Source: Eledone cirrhosa (Eukaryota). From it: DNA of 64,000 nt. Positions within the stretch are counted from its first letter, which is position 1; each line of letters begins with the position of its first letter. Shown piece by piece: positions 15,303 to 28,702 of the stretch. The position numbers were made by a program, and so were the translations under genes. Under the pieces are notes generated by a model. That model did no database searches and was not told the origin of the DNA. It saw only the letters and a program-made list of their open reading frames with translations. The stretch spans positions 3,348,001 through 3,412,000 of the forward strand of contig OZ024755.1 in NCBI GenBank assembly GCA_964016885.1, in the 5' to 3' direction.

Positions 15303-15543
15303 TAGTAGTATGTAGTAGTAGTAACAGAAGTTGAAGTAATAGTAGTAGTGGTGGTGGTTGTAGTAGTAGTAGTAATAGAAGTAGTGGTGGTAGTAGTAGT
15401 AGTGGTGGTAGTATGGTAGTGGATGTGGTGGTGATGATGAGTAATACTAACACCACTGTTACTACTACCACTACAATAACTACTACAACAACCACTTCTA
15501 CTATCACCACCTCTACCACCATTACCATTACTTCCACCACCGT
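15303..15543. repeat. (GTA/GTG)n tract followed by the complementary (TAC/CAC)n tract
   Basis: Directly visible. A similar (GGT)(AGT)n tract lies at 14863-14971. Confidence 0.8.
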
Positions 15544-16101
15544 CATCAGAGCTATTTTCACAAGTATTGTCAATATTGATTTCCTAGACAACACAATACC
15601 ACAGATAGTTATTGTTAAAGGTTTAATGAAGATGTATGGTGTTCATGCCTCAACTAAAATGACACAAAGTTTGCTCTAGTTAGATTACATATATTTCAAC
15701 TATAGTTTTCCTTCACCTCCTCCCCCATTTGAAATCCTGTTAAATCCCACCACACTTGTCATACATTTGACATACTTTCTCACTTCTCCTCTACTTACCA
15801 TATACACCCATGACATATTTATCAGTCTTCTTACCTCACACATGCTGTCCATCTCCTGTCCCCCACAGAGTAGAGAAGAGTCTTCAGTTGAGGACAGTCA
15901 ATGGCATGACAACCTTTCTAGTGTTGGATCCATGATAAAATGTACCCAGTACACTCTGTAAAGTGGTTTATGAAAAAAATACATCCTATCTTAGTAGAGA
16001 TTTACTTCTCTTCCAATTAAAGCTAATAAACCAGAACTAAGCAACATTCCTTAAAATCCCATTTGGAATTGGAAGGCATTTGTGTCTTAAATACAGTACA
16101 T

Positions 16102-16699
16102 TTATTGTGGTATTAGCACTACCACTTTACAGTGGGGGCTGGGTGTATTTTATTGTGACACCAGCACTACCACTTTACAGTGGGGGCTGGGTGTATTTTA
16201 TTGTGACACCAGCACTACCACTTTACAGAATGTACTGGGTGTATTTTATTGTGACACCAGCACTACCACTTTACAGAATGTACTGGGTGTATTTTATTGT
16301 GATACCAGCACTACCACTTTACAGAATGTACTGGGTGTATTTTATTGTGACACCAGCACTATCACTTTACAGAATGTACTGGGTGTATTTTATTGTGACA
16401 CCAGCACTACCACTTTACAGAATGTACTGGGTGTATTTTATTGTGACACCAGCACTACCACTTTACAGAATGTACTGGGTGTATTTTATTGTGACACCAG
16501 CACTACCACTTTACAGAATGTACTGGGTGTATTTTATTGTGATACCAGCACTACCACTTTACAGAATGTACTGGGTGTATTTTATTGTGACACCAGCACT
16601 ACCACTTTACAGAATGTACTGGGTGTATTTTATTGTGACACCAGCACTACCACTTTACAGAGTGTACTGGGTGTATTTTATTGTGACACCAGCACTACT
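16102..16699. repeat. 48-bp minisatellite, about 12.5 copies
   Basis: Unit TTTATTGTGACACCAGCACTACCACTTTACAGAATGTACTGGGTGTAT. It explains the 16-aa repeat ORF. Confidence 0.95.
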
Positions 16700-17364
16700 A
16701 TTTGGTAAGACATAGTACGTGAAGATCCATTTGTGATTGTGCTGAACACCAATAAAGAATTGTCTCAGTTTTCAGTACTTGTGCTCCTGGCAGAGGAACT
16801 AACTATCAGATCAATGGTAGGGGTATTCTGCATCCACCAGTCGGGCTCTACGCTTGTGAGAGTCCTGATAAGTCATCACAGTATTTCAAAACTAAAGGAA
16901 TTCATCCACTCCTATTTTCTACTATATTTTGTTTGTTTCTCTCTACACTGTGCTAGATTAATAGTTTTCTGTTAAGGTGTCTTTATAATTATACCTTTTG
17001 TAAGTATTTAAATATTCACTGTTAGTTTAATAGTACATATTTTCCATCTCGCCAAATGACATATTTGGTTTCTGAAAAATGTATGGATGCATGGATGACT
17101 GTATGAATGGATGCGCATATAAGGGAGACAACTACGGTAATATAATAATGAGTTGCTTCCCTTGTTTTCTGAAGAAAATAAAATGAAAATTGAGAGAATT
17201 TATTATAGCAAAATAAACATTTTTTCTCGTTTTATTTTTGGTGGATTCGAATTTTTTTTTATTTCTGATAAATGCCAAATCTCACTAATGAAGTATTTCC
17301 ATTGTGTTCGGACCTGATGTATACAGAGTGTCCCCCAAAAATTGTTTTATATGCATTGCCATTC

Positions 17365-17810
17365 ATCATCATCACCGTTTTACATTCGTTCTTCCACGCT
17401 AGCATAGGTTAGACGGGTTGTCCTGTTGTGAGCAGTGTCTGGTCGGCTGACCATGCCTTGCTCATACAGGAACTGATTTGGCTTGATTTCTACAGCTGGA
17501 TGCCCTTCCTAACACCAACCATCATTTACAGTGAGTGCTGGGTTCTTTTTTGCCGTGGCACCTCCACGACCACATTGCGGTGGGGGGTGTAGGGGCATAT
17601 TGTCTATATGCTTCAGCTTGTACCCATGGAAGGTCGGGTACTCTGTATTACTGCGTGACGCCAGAGGTCACGGTCGTTTGTCATCGCCTCTGAGTTCAAA
17701 TCCCGCCGAGGTTAACTTTGCCTTTCATCCTTACTCTGTCGATATAATAAAGTACCAGTAATGCACTGGGGTAATTGCTGGCCTTGTGCCAAAAGTAGAA
17801 ACAATTATTT
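17365..17810. mobile_element. Adjacent SINE copies (RTE-tailed family on minus; GGTTAACTTTGCCTTTCATCC family on plus)
   Basis: The second family (TTTTATCGACC...GGATGAAAGGCAAAGTTGACC on the other strand) recurs near 1450, 2640, 3290, 14480, 14690, 17930, 57940, 62060 and 63650. Confidence 0.65.
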
Positions 17811-18110
17811 AAATTATGTAAACATGTGTAGGTGTTTACATACAGAGGGGGAAAACAATAGAGGAGATTTCTTCCAAAGAGGAAAAAAGAATGGAAGTGA
17901 CAAAGAGATATAGACGAAAAATCGTCTCCAGTACTAACCTGGTACTATTTTTATCGATCTCAAATAGATGAAAGGCAAAGTTGACCTGGGCGGGATTTCA
18001 ACTGAGATAGTAGATAGCCAGAACGAATACCGCAAAGCATTCTATCCGACTTTCTAACGTCTCTGCCAATATCCCGCCTCATATCCTTGTAAACAAGTGG
18101 CTCTCAAAAG

Positions 18111-18166
18111 CCGGAAGTAAACAATAATATGGTTGGAATTCTAACCGGAAGTAGCTCCGCAGCAAC
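18111..18166 (+). promoter_or_regulatory. Probable ALMS1 proximal promoter: two ETS (CCGGAAGT) sites and an imperfect X-box-like element
   Basis: CCGGAAGT at 18111-18118 and 18145-18152. GTAGCTCCGCAGCAAC at 18151-18166 has an RFX-type AGCAAC half site. All lie within about 80 nt upstream of the predicted ATG. Confidence 0.5.
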
Positions 18167-18192
18167 GAGAGGTAAACTTGAATGTTAAAAAT

Positions 18193-21100
18193 ATGGAGGA
18201 AGAGAGTAAGGTAAGTTTTTATATCTGACATTGCATTCCTTTTCATAACAATCTTGTCTATATTTACCTTGTTATTAGCTTCTGAATTGTTTTGTATATA
18301 ACGCCCTGGGTTCAATATAAAAATATGACCTCCCAGAATAAAATAAATTTGGTTTTGTCAGTAAGTATTGTTTAGAATTTAGAAGGAATTGTTGCATGTT
18401 GTGACTCGTTGAGCAACGGTTTTCATCAATTTTGACAACAGAGTTGATGTTTAATGTTTTTTTTTCTCTTAGTTTGTGTTGTGGTGTCTAGACTTGTTAC
18501 GAAGCTGTCGGATTAAACGACTTATTTTTATTTCTAAAGGATTTGTTACCTCATTAACACCTTTCAACAAACGTAAGTGATTTTATAATCTCCTCTCACC
18601 TCCCACACTTTGCAATCATTAACTTATAGTTGGACTTTTAATTTATTATTTATTGATTTGTTTTCCTTCTTTACTTCTGTTATATTTCTTATCGCATCTG
18701 AGCTGTTTTAGTAGAATATGGTCTACTTTTTAGTTGCTAAGGTCTCAATGGGAATTCTTAGTCAGTCGTTGACAGAGAGAAATCAGTTTCACCAGGATGT
18801 CAGATTAAGGTAAGCTCCTGGACAACTTTCTCTTGCCTAGTTTCATTTCCCGGTTAAAATTCTTTCACTTCACTTCCATTGCGATACACATGACTGAACT
18901 CTATAAAATATCTACCCAACCGTAACTCTACTCAACAGGGTGGCCCAAAAGTCATTAGACGGTTTTAAAATATATGTAAATTTATAGTTTATAAAAGAAT
19001 AAATGTGGATATTTAATATATAAAAGGATTATTCTATTTTGAGCGACTTTTGGGCCAGCCTGTATTGTCAAACTGTGTATGTACCTTTTTATCGTTGTTA
19101 TTTAACCCAAGATAAACCCTAATCGTTTAAGACCTTTGATCATTGACATTCCATTCATGACCATCCAGTCTTTTCCCTGTGAGCAGAGGACTAACTCATG
19201 ATCCCATTATCTAACGTTTCCTATTTTTTAAGATGATAGGCTGTGATTTGATTTAGATTTGACTGCTGTTTCTAGCAGGTTGAAACTAAGCTACCCCTTA
19301 GCCGAACCTGCCATCTAAGTATTTCATTTCAGTGAGGATGCGAAAGATTTTGACCAAAGGATAAACGTCCCGATTTTTTTCAATTAACCCTTTCTCGTAT
19401 TTCAGATTTCATAGTTTTGTGTAAGGAACTTAGCTGTTGTTATTGTTCTGCTATGGTATGACTGGCTCTCATCCCATCCTCATATTTGAGGGTCGGGGAC
19501 TTATGGCCCAACACTCTCCATCTTTTCCTGTCTCTTGCCATTGCCGTACATTCGGCCAAACTCCTTCCTGCCCATGGTATGACATTAAAGGCAATAATTA
19601 GTATTTGTTTTTTTAGCAACGAAATCTATTTTCAGAACACTAATGACAACTCATAACTCCGAGATATTAACTCCGAGACTATAATCATTTGATATCTAAC
19701 ATGTCATCAACGTAACCACTATTTTGTGGCTCAAGTCTAGATAGTTTCTAGTTTAATTTGCAATTAATTTCTGTAAAACCTAGTGCTAAGTATTATCTAG
19801 TTTAACTAGATAACAAGCCAAGAGACACGGTAACCTGATATGACATGAATTACAACAGGGCTACTCGTCTAACCCATGCTTAGAAAATAGACGTTAACAG
19901 TGATGATGTAATCATGCAAATCTAGCTTCCGTGACAGCATTATAGAAATAAAAACAAAGGCAAACGTCATAGTTTCTCATTAATTCAAGTTGAATGTCTT
20001 TTTCAGACTTGGTTCACACTCTTGGAGGAGTCTTCAGACTGGAAGGAGTATAGCAATGCCTCACAAGGTGCTACAGGTGGTTTGGCAGCATCAACATTTA
20101 TCAACAGTACAAGAAAACAAAAAGATCTGCCTCTCCTCTCGAGGGTATTACTAAACAGTTGTGGCCAGATGATCTCTCCAATCACCTCTGCTGCAACACC
20201 TGAGCTAATTAATTCAATGGAGGTAAGACACTTGTTTACATTATTTATTGGAACAAAGCAAGTTCTTTTATTTATTATTTTTTTGTTATATCATCATCAT
20301 CTTGAGCATCTATTTTTATGATTGTATAAGTTAGATGGGTTGTCTAAACCCATGCTAGCGTGGAAGATAGACGTTAAACGATGATGTCAGATACTGAGGC
20401 CACACCAGTCATGTGACCATTTCCTGCTTGGACACTTTGCTTTGACTTAGCTCTTATGGCTGGAAATCCTGATACCAACCACTTCACAGCTTGTACTGGG
20501 AGCATTTTATCTTGACTCTGTCACTACCAACTTACAGAGTGAACTGATGCTTTTCACCGTGGCATCAACACTGCCACCTTACAGAGTGGACTGGGTGCTT
20601 TTCATTGTGGTTAAAACAGAGACAGCATGGGTGGTTGGACAGGAGTTTTTGAGGCAATGTTTTACAGTCAGATGCCCTTCTTGACACTAACCCTTTTAGT
20701 TGCTCCTCACAATACGCAGGGATACAGTGTAACTACCTATTTAAAAATATTTACAGACATTTTGTATAATTCTAAATCTGTAACTTTCTTCTTTGTCTTT
20801 TCCTAATTTCAGAACACTGAGAATCTGACCCAATACACATTAGAATCTTCTGAAGAATCACAGATCAATACAGCCAAATCAAACAGAGATTTTCTTTTAC
20901 AGGAACCAAATCAAACCAGAAATTCTTTGGTTCCTGATACATCCAGATTATTAATAATTGATGAACATTTAAACCCTCAACACAGAAGTTGTTCTGATAA
21001 TGAATTTAGAGGAACTGCAGGGGCTGTACCTCCACATTGTCCTGATTCAAATCCATTTACAAAAGAACCAACATCTTTACAATTTCCCTATCCTAATACT

Positions 21101-24100
21101 AATTCAATGCAAACACAGTTTACCTCCTTTGAATTGAAACTTTCAAATTTACATGGTGACAAAACTGATTTGTTGAAGCTACCACCTAATCACAGAAATT
21201 TTTTTCCAATGCTCTTTGATCCAGTTGCTTTAGTTCGAAGAGGACCGGTTGGACAAGATCTTTCCAAGTCACATCGATCGTTGTCAGCTCCGTTATCAAC
21301 TGCAAAAGTTAACGAAGTATCAAATGACAGGATGGCCAGTGATAAAGTAAAAGACAACATCACCAAATTGTCAACATCAACAGTGATTTACCAGATTAAA
21401 GATGACCATCTTGACAGTAACCAGATTCCTGTCATTGCTGCAGCTAAAAGTATTGATAGTTCAACTAATGCCACTGGCTGTGCTAGTAATATATCTTCAG
21501 TAGCTGACTATATGTCTGTTAATGAACGATTAAAGTTATTGCCATTGACATCTGACATTGTCAAGGATAATGAAAAGATTGTTGAAAATTTGTTGGTCAA
21601 TGCTGAAGAAAATCAAGAAAATGTTTTTCCACTTGAGAACTATAGTGAAAGCAGGGATCGTTTTATGTTTTTAGAAGGTCAGTGTAGTACCACAGTCTCT
21701 TCAGCAAAGAATAAAAGTTTAACAAACCACACAAGTTCATTTGATCCATGCATAAGAGAGAATTCTGCACCAGTTGGATCTGAGTGTGATGTACATAGCT
21801 TGACTCCCAGAGCGGTTCTCCTCTCTTTTAGTGACAGTGATGAAGAGGAACCAACAGACAACCAAATATTAAAAAATGATTTTGATTATTCATTGCCGAT
21901 TGCAGAACAAGAACGATTACTTCCGACTGGAGCAGATTCTGACTTTCTGGAACAAGAAGCTAAAAAGGGAAAGATCAGAAAATCAAAATATTTTTACAGA
22001 CCAAAGACTGGTAGTTCTGATCAAGAACCAGACCAACCAGAAAATATTTCTAAGGAAGTAAATGATTCACAGTTACTAAATACTAATAGGTCATTGTACA
22101 ATACTAATGTCAATAGGTATGTCACAACCTCAGATCACGAACAATATATTGAAGGTAAAGATTTTGAAAGACCCAATTCAAATATTCAGGATAACACAGA
22201 AGATATTTCAGAATCTGTAGATAAACCAAACACCCTTTTCAGTTCTTTAGACAGATTGAATGTTGGCAATCATACCAGTTTTGGTAATATTAAAGATTTA
22301 AGAGAAGGATTTGCAGCAGTATCAAAGGAAATGGATCAAATGAAAATATCCATTGACTTAAATAAACAAATAGCTCACTTAACTTCTAAAACCTCTTCTG
22401 AATTGGCAAAAGAGGACAATATAGCTGAAGACTTTCTACAAAATAACATTCAACTTAAAGGTGGTTTAAATGATACATTTGGTCGATTCATTTATGGATC
22501 AGAAAGTTCTTGTTTCAAAACTTCCACCAGTTTAACGAAGCAGAATCCTTCAGATCTAGGTGTAAATATTTTTTCTGGAAAGTTATCTATTTCCAACCCT
22601 ACCAGCAGTTTAAAGTGGCAGGAGTCTTCTTCATCCCCTTCTGTTTCACAACCGAAAGATAACTCTGGCAATGTAGATACAGAAGAAGAAGATGACACTG
22701 ATGAATTAATTCGGATGGCTTCGAAACTTGTTGAATCATACGCTGGAGATATTTTAGAAGATGCTAATCAAACACAATCTTCCGCTTCAAATTCTCAATA
22801 CCCTGCTGTCAACACTACTAAACAAACCCATGATGTTTCCAAGGAGAGAAATGACTCTAGATTGTCTAATATTTTGACTGAATCAGGACGTGGGACGATG
22901 ATCAACTCAGAGGGAATTGTCACTCCACCGCAGCCGTACTCCACTGCTTATCAAAATATAAATTCTTCTTGTCATCAAAGTGAAATAAATCCCACCAAAA
23001 TGGAAGGCCATAAACAAAGGGAAAATGTCACAGGTGTGGGTTTATCTGATGCCATTCCTGAAACTAATCTTGCTTTAATAAACCATTCAAGTAAATTTGC
23101 TCAACAAAGGAAAACTACTGAAATCTCTGCTAAGAAAACTCATTCCAAAAAGAATAAATTCAATTCTACATCTACTGCTCTAACTGAAAATTCCTCAAAC
23201 GTTATTTCATCATCATCATCAAGTAAAGATTATACTTCACAGTATGATAGCAGCTCAAGTAAGCTCTTTGACTATGATATATCTCAAGATTCTGATTCAC
23301 TTGGAAGGCAAGTTAACAATCTACTCTGTCGCACAGCTTATCTAGAATGTAAACCTGCAACCTTAGATCAATACAAGTCAAATGTCCTACACCAACAATC
23401 TCAACACAAAAGAGTATCTCCTTTGCCTTATATCAATACATCTCCAAATTCCAATAAAGGCTCAGATATAACAGATGCTGCCTCTGTTAGAAGTGAAGAG
23501 ACAAACTTCAGTCAACTTAAACAGGATCTTATAGATCTGCAAACCGGTCTCAATGAGAACCTAGGCATTGATAAAAAGCAATTAGGAATCAGTGAGAATT
23601 GGAGTCCTTTGAAGAATTTGTCCACCGAAGGTAGTGATTTGATTGATTTTGATGAACCAAAACTTCCAACTGAAGACAAAAGTTCTTTAGCAATGATGCC
23701 AAATTCAGCTCAGTCCAAATTAAAGTTTAAAAACTCATCTGCCACCAGAAAAAACACTTCTCTTAGTCTTCCTTTACCTTTAACTAACACGGTGGAGGAG
23801 AAAAAAACCTTTGAAAGCCTCAGAATTTCATGGCAAAATGAAGATGCTTCTCTGAAAAACTTTACATCTTTTAAGGATTTTTTTAAATGTTTGGTGTCTT
23901 CCAAGAATGACAACCACCAAAAGTTGCAAAAACAATCAAAACCAACATCTTTTTCTTCTCCTTCTTCACAGCCAAGCAATATTCCAAATAATTCTTCAAC
24001 TCAAAGCCCTTACAATCAGCCATCCATTAATGATAGCTTCAGTTTAAAGGATGATCTCAGTTTACGTGTAGATCAATTATTATCTAAAGAATTTTCTTAT

Positions 24101-27100
24101 GAAATTCCAAAGATGAGTTGTTTACAGAATGTTCGGCCCAAAGACGGTTTTTTCACTAAACCCAGCTTTGAAATAAATTCCTCTTCTGAAGTAGAAACAG
24201 AATTCAGATTAATGGAGGGGAATTCTTCTACAGTAATGCCAAAATTAGATACAAGATCTGATAATGAGTTATTAATAAATCAAACAGCCTCGTCAGTGCC
24301 TTCAGAAAATTTTGAGTTTTTTGATCCATTGCAAAAACCAAATTCTGAAAATAAAGTTAAAAATGCTTCTAAAGAATCAAAGAAAAATTCTTTGAATGAA
24401 TCCTTGCAGAAACCAATCTCTAATCAGATTCTTATTCAAGGATTAAAAGCTCCTGAAAGTTATGTTGCAACAAGTCAGACATCTAAAATATCAAATGTTT
24501 CACACTTAAGTACTTCTGGCCTTCATTCGAAATCAAACAACGACTTTACAAGTGGTATTACCAAGAACAATAATTCAAAACCAGTTGATCTGTCCATCAA
24601 AGACTCATTACATACAACAGGTGATTTGAAAAGACCAGAAGATATCATAAGAAACCAGTTGAACTCACCTAATTATGAAACAAATGAGGTTTACCAAAAT
24701 CCAGCTTGCGACAGTTTAAACAGCACTAAATTTCCTGAAGATGATGTTCGTAGGTGTCTTGACTGGTCACACATGACAGATTTCGATTCTCCTCCTAAAG
24801 AGCACTACCAAGACACTAATAGTAAACATTCGTCATTGTTTCTTTCAAAGTCATCTTCTCAAAATGTGAATTATTTTGATATGTTAAACCCAGAACCATT
24901 TCCAAGAAACCAAGAAGATAATTCTAAAAACCACAGGCTCACCAATTCAAAAAATAATCTACCTAACAAGCCATTACATGTTTCAACATTTAAAGAACCT
25001 CTACAGACTCATTCAGCTATCTCTGAAGATTGTGTTGACTATGGCTTCCTGAGAACCAAGATGCACCATCTTGAATTAAATACAAATGATAATTCTTCTG
25101 GTAGTTTACCAAATAAGGTACTGGATAAAAATGCAAGTCCCATCTTACATAGATCAGAAAGTTTCCAGAAGCCATTATTTTTAAACCAGTCTTTGAATGC
25201 AGACTCGTCTTACAAATCACGAGAATCTATGAATAGGTCTCGTTCTTTGGAAGAATTTCAGAAACAAAAAGTATCTTCAACGTCACAGAGGAAAAATACC
25301 TACAGATCTAAGTCGAGGAACTCTACCGAAGTACTAAATACTTCATCTGACAGTGATTCATTAAGAAGAGATTTAAATAAACTATCTGCTGATTTAGAAC
25401 AGGTTTCTGAGAGAAAGGAGAAACATACTCACTTAATGACTTCACCTAACAGAATCAGTATGACAGGGGAAGACATTTCTATTTCTGTCTCACCAAAGTA
25501 TCAACATTCATATTCCCTGCCAACCTCGGTTAATGGTAATGGAGGAGATTTCTTGGAGGTTAACAATGGCAGAGAAGATTCAAGAATTCATACTTTACTT
25601 TCTAATTATCAGTTACCTATGGAAAATAACTTTACCAACAATGAGTTTTCGCATAGAAATTCTGCTCATATTCCAGTAACTACACCCTCTGGTGATGGCC
25701 TGTATATAAATTCAAGGTAAGATGTCTGTATGTAGCTCACTCTCTTTCTTTTAAGCATGAAACTAATACACCTTTATGTTAATGCATCCTCTTGTTTGTT
25801 TGTTTCCTGTTATATTTTATATTAATTCATTTATTTCTAGAAACCCTAAAACAAAGAGTGAAGCAACTGACCAGTTCAAGAAATTTGAGCCAGAGAATCA
25901 TACAGGTACAGCAAAACCTATTTACAGTATATATTCCAATATATAAGCTGACCCCTAATTTTAACCAAAAATCCAAACTCCACTTATAACTCCCTCTCCA
26001 CCTCCCTGCCCCTCTCTCACACACACACATAGTAAATATACTTTGTTGTTTTTGCTTTCTTTCAAGCAGCAGGTGGTGTAGTTTTGACTGACATAATGGA
26101 TTCTGAAGAATCTAAGGACCATATTGAATCAGCAGATGCATATCATAGCAGCAGCTGTGACCCTAGAGAAAGCAGTTCCCAGAGTAAACCGGATCCATCA
26201 CCATCTGGATCAGACAGTAGTGCCCTATCTCAGAAGACTTGGACCTTGCAGCCTTACAAGTAATTGTTTTTTTTTTTTCGTGCTGATCACTTTGTATGAC
26301 ATATAACCAGTTGTGTGTGTGTTTCTTGTTTCTTTGAAACTTCTTTGAGAAATATAATTGTCAACTTTGTCTGAGGAAGCTCGACGTGATGATGATGTGT
26401 GTGTACATGTGTGTATAAATAAGGACATCTGTGTGTCTAAATGCATGTATAAACGAGTAGATATATATGTTTGAATAAGTACATAGGCATAAAGGAGTAC
26501 ATGTGTATGAATGAGTATATCTGTGTGTCTAAATGTATATATAAAGGAGAACATATGTATGTATGAATGAGTACATAAGTATGAATTATTGTTATTTACC
26601 TTCGTATCTTTGATGTCGTCCTTTCACATTCATTTTTACCGTTTATTTATTTATTTCATTCAGACCTGCTGGCTCCCGAGATTGGTATTACACTGAGAGG
26701 TCAGAATTCCTACCATATTCTGTCTGTGATGGTGGCACCACCACAACCACAACAACAACAATGGAAAGTGGAGACACAGGTAAGGTTAATCCTTCTTTAA
26801 CTCATTACCATTTACATTACTCTATATATACTATTGTATTTTCATGGTAAAGGCTTTATCTCACATAATATCGAATCTGTAAGATTTTGATATTATTTAT
26901 TTTGAGAATACCTTAACATCGGTAGGGGTGGCCTGTTATGGCTACTTTGAACAGAAAGAGGTGAGAGAATTCTGAGGTGGTTTTCAGTGGGTTGATATCA
27001 AAATGGTTAAGTAACTCTTAAAGTAAACTGTAAGAAGTACTTGATACCTCCCCTAGTTTGTCATGACTTACTAGCTCTATATGGATGTTTATATTGATTA

Positions 27101-28669
27101 AATAAATGATTTAGTTTTCCTTTGACTGTGTTATAGGTTCTGATGATGCTATTGGACCTCATTTCCAAAAAGAATTCCTTGGTTCTCGGCCAGACGGCCC
27201 TTCTCAGCCCGGTATTTATAGTCGTGTTCCTGGTAAAAAGAAGTTTAATGCATCTGACAACCCTTTACTTTCGACTATTCAAGAACGATCTAATTTGGTA
27301 AGTATAATTAAGTTACTAATTGCAATAGAAGGCATATATGATATGTTTATCTATAGTAAATCTACAAAAGTCTTGCTATGAGTATTTTAAGCCTTAATCA
27401 TGTCACAGCTATCTTAGTAGCCATGTGAGAATGTCAGACACATGTTTCAGGATGTTTATCCATCATCAGTGACATTTCCTCACTCAGTACTGAGATAAGA
27501 AAAATCTTATACTTTATTACATTCCTTCACTCAGTAATTATGTTATTATATACAGTAAAACTTCATACAATATGGTATTCTGATGTATTTCCTCTCTCCA
27601 CTACTCATAACTAATTATTATATTGCTTATTTTTTTCATAAATTTCATAGAATGCCAAGGAGAAGATGAAAATTGAAAGAGATGAGGTAAAAGAGAATAC
27701 ATGCTTGTACAGAAAAGTTAGAAGAAGCCGAGTTGGTGAACAGGATAAATATTCCAGCTTTGATACAAAGAAACTTGCTGAATCAAACCATTTAAACCAA
27801 GTGTTTTCTACAGCAACAGAAGCTGATTATATGTCTTCAGGTCGACGTGAAGCTTTCAGGAAAATTTTGAGTTCAAAAGATCAGTCAGATCACACAGGTA
27901 ACAAAGGTGCTTCGAGATATAGAAACGCGTGTGATGAAGTCCTTGATACACAAGGGATTAACTGTAACGAAACAACTCTGCATGGATACAAACAGCAATC
28001 GTCCTTTGACTCAGTGACTACAGTTGAAACACCCAGTGATTTCAGCGTTGAGCCTGGCTCAGCTACATCAAGTAATAAGACTATTAAAGGTTCCAGTTTT
28101 CTTGAACAGGATTCAGACGTCCCTCTGGTTCCTCTGACTAAACCAGAGGCAACAGATGTTCAACAAACCTGGGAAGATATTGCTGGTACTAGCCAGCACT
28201 TACCCAATGGTGAACAAGTGGTTTTCAGAAGGGATATTAGCGCGGTAAGTTAGTTCAGAGTGAATTCTATTAAAAATCAAGCTTTAGTTATTTTTCATTC
28301 ATCAACATTTCCATGTTGGCATGGGTTAGACAGGTTGTCACGGTCAGACTAGACAGGTCGGGGAATCACACCTTGCAATATGGATATTGATCTTGTTGTA
28401 TAATCCCAGGTCAGTGGGTTATAGTGGTTCTGCTAGTGTCATGATAAAATGCACCCAGTCCCCTCTGTAAAGTGGTTGTGCTGGTGTGGGGATTGAATGA
28501 GTAAGCCTGTGTTTCCCTAATTTACCTTGAAGATCTGGACGTTTATTTTATATTTTTATATTCTTATTTCAGACTTACAAACCAACTGAAACAGCCAAGA
28601 GTCAACTTTTAAGAAAAGATTCTTTAGGTGTCAGGTGAGTAGCTTTGATCTGGATGTCCCTTCACCTTG

Positions 28670-28702
<33 letters not shown>

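Noticed and set aside
16080-16715. 211-aa repeat ORF, or a CRISPR-like array
   Set aside because: Head-to-tail 48-bp minisatellite with no unique spacers, in a eukaryotic context.
20927-25720. Stand-alone 1597-aa gene
   Set aside because: Bounded by splice sites (acceptor 20812, donor 25717). It is an internal ALMS1 exon.
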